Source of the DNA: Octopus vulgaris
Lineage: Eukaryota
Length of the DNA: 64,000 nucleotides
Assembly: GCA_951406725.2 (NCBI GenBank)
Contig: OX597842.1
Coordinates: 6,696,001 to 6,760,000, forward strand
Direction of reading: 5' to 3'
Below the pieces are notes generated by a model that saw only the letters and a list, made by a program, of their open reading frames with translations, was not told the DNA's origin and did no database searches. Shown here piece by piece: positions 1-64,000 of this stretch; the first letter of the stretch is position 1, and every line of letters starts with the position of its first letter. A program made the position numbers and the translations under genes.

Positions 1-432
1 GATAAGAATTCAAAATCCAATAATAACCAGTAGGATTTGAATTCTGACTGTAATTATATTAATAATTAATATTTTGTGCTATAGGAATAAGGCCATGAGT
101 GTTTGGTGACAAAAGGGAATGAAATCAAAAACATTCCCCAAATATTTTGAAATCCAATTGGAGACACACACACAAAAAGAAGAAAATTAATTTAAATGGG
201 AGAAGACCCTAATATGAATAGCAACTACAACATGAGCAATAGCAAAAACATTCCATGATTTACTAACAATGTGGAATAAAATGAACTTCACAGCTTGAGA
301 TGTTTCCAAGACAAAGGTTTGTTACAAAGGTCAGTACCTCCTTGCTTGAAAGAGGATTTTCCATATGACCTCAGAAGATGAGTTAGAGGAGGCTCTGACT
401 GATGGAATAAAGTACTTGGAAGCATGTACCTG

Positions 433-1210
433 GTTTTTATGACCAAGGATAAGGTAAGAAGACAGATAGACCTGGTGCATGACATGGCTACTCACAGGCT
501 AATGCCATTGTAGAGTTCAAGGGGCACTAGGATTAAAGATGATGGTATGAGTGTTAACCCTTGGTGACCAGCTCAGCCTTTTTGTATAGTATATATCATT
601 GGAGTTCAATGAGGTCAGACTATGCATTTCAGATGGTAGCAGAATGAAGAGATTTGGAAGCAGCTATTTTTAGCAGGGCAAGTTATCGCAAAGCATAGAA
701 AAAGGACTTCACTTATTGATTTGCTCATCTTGTAGCTGTTTGCTTGCAGTGAGATAAAACACATTGCCTCATTGCTTGGTGACTAACTGTAGTAAATGGG
801 TGAAACAATGAGAATAAACTAAAAAAAAATATCCATGCCCAGCACACACAAAAATTGCAGTGATGTCAGAAAAGGGACCCCAAACCAGAGTGCAAGTCCA
901 GCCTATTTTTACCCTGATATTTAGTGATTTAGTGTGCAAAGGTTTTGTAGTTTAAGCAATAGAAAATAACATAGGAAATAAATTGAGATTTGAATCTCAC
1001 AGGTAACCATCAACGTATAATTTTTTTACATCTATGGTTTATTTTTTAACTCAGTGTTTTATGTTTTTATGACCAAGGATAAGGCAAGAAGATAGATAGA
1101 CCTGGTGCATGACATGGCTACTCACAGGCTAATGCCATTGTAGAGTTCAAGGGGAACTAGGATTGTGAATATAAATGATGGGATGAGTGTCAACTCTTGG
1201 TGATCAGCTC
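433..1210 (+). repeat. Direct duplication of ~140 bp (433-574 and 1063-1210)
   Basis: gtttttatgaccaaggataagg...catgacatggctactcacaggctaatgccattgtagagttcaagggg is near-identical in both copies. Confidence 0.9.
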
Positions 1211-2078
1211 TAGCTGTATCTACTCCGAGATTCATCATTAAAATGAATTACTTCACATTTTCTTGAAGCTTTTACATTTCATAATGGGAGCAGACTTACT
1301 TTCTTGCTTGTAAGAATTGCTTGTATTTAATTTTAAGGAGGAGAAGCCAAAGTCTATTTTGTAACTGGCTACTATGTCTATCATGGCCTTTGGCCTTTTT
1401 TTCTATCTGAAAGCATTTTTGAATCCAATATGTTGCATTATTTATAGCCGCCTCCATTTTAAGATTCAACATTAAAATGATTTATGATTTCCTTAACCTC
1501 CTTCTATAAACCTTGGAAGTTAACTTACTGGTTGCTTGTAGATAAGGTTTTGTTGTTTAAATAACAGAAAGACCCCAGGAAAACCTCTGAATATCAGTTT
1601 AACTTAACTTAAATTTAGGGAGCAAGAGTTTTGTAGTTTAAACAAAGGAATAAAAAGAAGTCCTAAACCCTGAATACAAATTTGGTCTTATTTACCTTTT
1701 CAATATTCAGTATCTGAAAGGATTCAGCTGATTAAAACAGTCCCCAGTTTTTTAAATGGGGCTTATTTTATTGCTTCACTTCACAAAGGACGAGAAGCAA
1801 GTTTGAACTTGCAGTGTTGGGATAGGAATTTTTAGAAATATAAACTAATTTAATCATAGTAGCAATAACTGTTTCTAATTTGGGCAAAAGACTAGCAATT
1901 TTTAGGGAAAGGCTGCTAGTTGATTAAACTGAACCCAGTATTTGACTGGTACTTTATTTTATTGACCTTTGGACGAATGAAAAGCAAAATTGACCTTAGA
2001 GGGATTTGTGCACAGCATCCAAAAAACTGGTACAAATATCTACATGGCTTTATTTCCTAATATTCTAATGATTCTACC

Positions 2079-2122
<44 letters not shown>

Positions 2123-2458
2123 CTAATATATGCACAAAGCCATGAGGTCAACTATTGCCTCTCTGTCCCCTCCACTCTAAATGTCCTATACATTTCCACT
2201 CACAAAAAAAAAAAAAAGGGGGTGGGATCAGAAAAAGGGTAAATGACCATCCCAAGTGTGTATGCATGTGACAGAAGAAGAAGCATAAAACCTGTGCAAA
2301 TTGTTAGTTTGGTGGTGTGAAACAGAATCCAGAGTAACACGGTGTTTGTGACACAATGTGACAGGCTGTTTGTGACACAGTGTGACAGTGTGTCACAGTT
2401 TCTACTATTTTGCTATTTTTTTTTGTGTTGTTGCTATTTTGACTACATTTACCTTTTT

Positions 2459-61740
<59,282 letters not shown>

Positions 61741-62460
61741 CTAGAATTTTGTGAATGGGAAGTTTCGGGGTTTTTCAGATAGATTGAGAGATGAGTTTTT
61801 AGAGGGGTTGAGTAATAATTTTGTATTGTTGGTTTTAATTTTAGTTTAGTTTAGTTTATTGTTATTATTATTATTATTTTTATCATTATTATTTTATTTT
61901 AAAGTTTTGTGTTGTTATTTTTGAAGGAAGTTTAAAGAGTACGTTTGATAAGTTTTGAGTTTTAGAGGAAATGAGTCGGAATTCATTTCATTTGTTGATG
62001 TTGAATAAAAGATTTTTAAATAAGATAATGAATTTTGTTTAGAATAATTTTTTGTGTTGGGGAATTTTTGAAGGAGACAGGGAGAAAGATAGTGAGAGAA
62101 AGGCAGGCAGAGAAAGAATGATAAAAGAAAGCAAAGAAAATAATGTGAAAATTTGTACAAGTGAATTTTTAAAGATTGTAATAAAGCAAAAAAATAAAAT
62201 GAATAATAATAACAATTGACACAAACATATAAAGATTACACAGTTAACTCTGAGTTTAAATAAATATACATTTCTAATCACAAGTATGGTACATAATTAT
62301 AGATACATATATTCATATATACATATACTCACATACATTTGTAGTCAAACATCACAGCACAAACAACTTGTGTCTTAATATATATTTATGCATGTATGAA
62401 GAGTCTTTGGCAAAACTCTGAAATCACTACCACTATTCATAATGTGTATGTATATACATA

Positions 62461-62504
<44 letters not shown>

Positions 62505-62616
62505 ATATATTGAACAGTAGGTTCATTTTATTTCTGTTTAACAAGTTAGATTGATTTTGAGTATTTTCCTTTTATTTAATTAAACAGTTTGGTGATGATA
62601 ATTATATATATATATA

Positions 62617-62681
<65 letters not shown>

Positions 62682-64000
62682 GTATGTATATATATACATA
62701 TATGAGCTGTGTATATATGGAGATCGTTTTCTATTTTACTTTGTGAATTCATACCTAAGAATGATATCCATATGTAGGGAGAAATATCCCTACAAAATAG
62801 AAATGTCTGGGAAAAAAACCTAAACAGTTGATTGCACTTATGGCCATCTTCAAATGCTGTTTATAAGGTGTTTTGTATTAATATCAATGTCATCCTTCCT
62901 TTCACAAGAATTATGCCCATAACTGAACTCAACCCTTATAAACATGCATTAATAAGCATTAGTATTTCAGTTAGTTTTAGAGCAGTTAGATTAGCTATTT
63001 TCTATTCAGTTATATTCACCCCACCCGTTATGTTAATTACACCCTTACTTGTGATATTTCCCAATACCGTTCAAATACATTTTCTGATGTTAAGAAACCT
63101 TAACTCCCTACCTAGGAGTATCAGCTATGCACATAATGTGAATGCTTGAATGATTCCATAGATATAACACTGCACCTTATAACACTACTATAAGTGGCCG
63201 CTGCAGACTATTGCTTTGAAATGAAGGCATATTGTTCACTTGTTTCAGGATTGTGAACTGACAAAATATATATATATATATATATATATCCATCTGGTTA
63301 TCTGCCTCTCTCTCTCTGTGTGTGCATCAAGGAAAGTGTTAGTGTATTTGTTCTGCTTGTAGAATGCAAAATTTTATTATTATTATTATCATTAATTTGA
63401 TAGTCTTAATATTATTGCATGATTTCCTTGCACAACTGAACATGTTTCTGCATACTTTGGATATGTACAGTGTTTTGGTTTTTAATTTTCGTTTTCCATT
63501 GTAACAATGATAAACACAGCTACAACAACAAAAACAATCACAACAATAACAACAACAAACAATGACGAAAACAACAAAACTTCCAAAATACAAAAATAAA
63601 TATACATAAAATATAACAAAATATCAAATGACAAATTTAATACTAATATTACAAATAATATGACTATTATGTGAAATTACTGCATTTCTAAATAGAAATA
63701 ATTGCTCATTACAATAGAATACAAAAGAAAATTATTGAATGCAATATTCCTAGTCTAATTTCAAATAGAAGCTGAAAAGCATTAAACCACAGTTTTCAGT
63801 TTGTCTAAAGATTTATGAAGAAATAAATATTTCATTTGATATACATCTCATATATGTTTGATGATTGATATTCAGTGTTAAAAGCCGATATTATGAAACT
63901 TGAAGTAGCCAGATAGATTGATAGGCCTGTAGAATGTATAGGCCAATTGTTATTATTTGTCAGAGGAAGTATAGACCAGTGCTTTTCAAACTTTTTGCTG

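Overview
Eukaryotic, AT-rich and microsatellite-rich DNA, most likely a coleoid cephalopod (Octopus-like, judged from the protein sequence and the repeat families). Almost the whole window is one minus-strand muscle myosin-II heavy chain (Mhc) gene. I traced it by hand from loop 1/switch 1 (61740) to the tailpiece (about 2459). All splice sites are GT-AG with consistent phases, giving about 1740 codons; the N-terminal ~200 aa (SH3-like domain, P-loop) lie beyond the window end. The ORF track misses the main architecture: (1) three mutually exclusive loop-1/switch-1 exons, each behind a long AG-free zone with a distal pyrimidine tract and, in two cases, the identical branch-point 8-mer UGUCUAAC; (2) a mutually exclusive exon pair between loop 2 and the SH2 helix; (3) a mutually exclusive S2-hinge pair with one very divergent member; (4) a 230-codon Pro/Ala-rich alternative first exon in a 12.8-kb intron that makes a headless catchin/myorod-type rod protein; (5) a probable stop-containing tailpiece exon. 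The introns also hold SINE-like repeats, piggyBac- and mariner-type MITEs, a decayed CRE-like retrotransposon endonuclease fragment and several hammerhead-ribozyme-like motifs. Most ORFs in the supplied track are microsatellite artefacts. Coordinates were read by eye and no database search was run.
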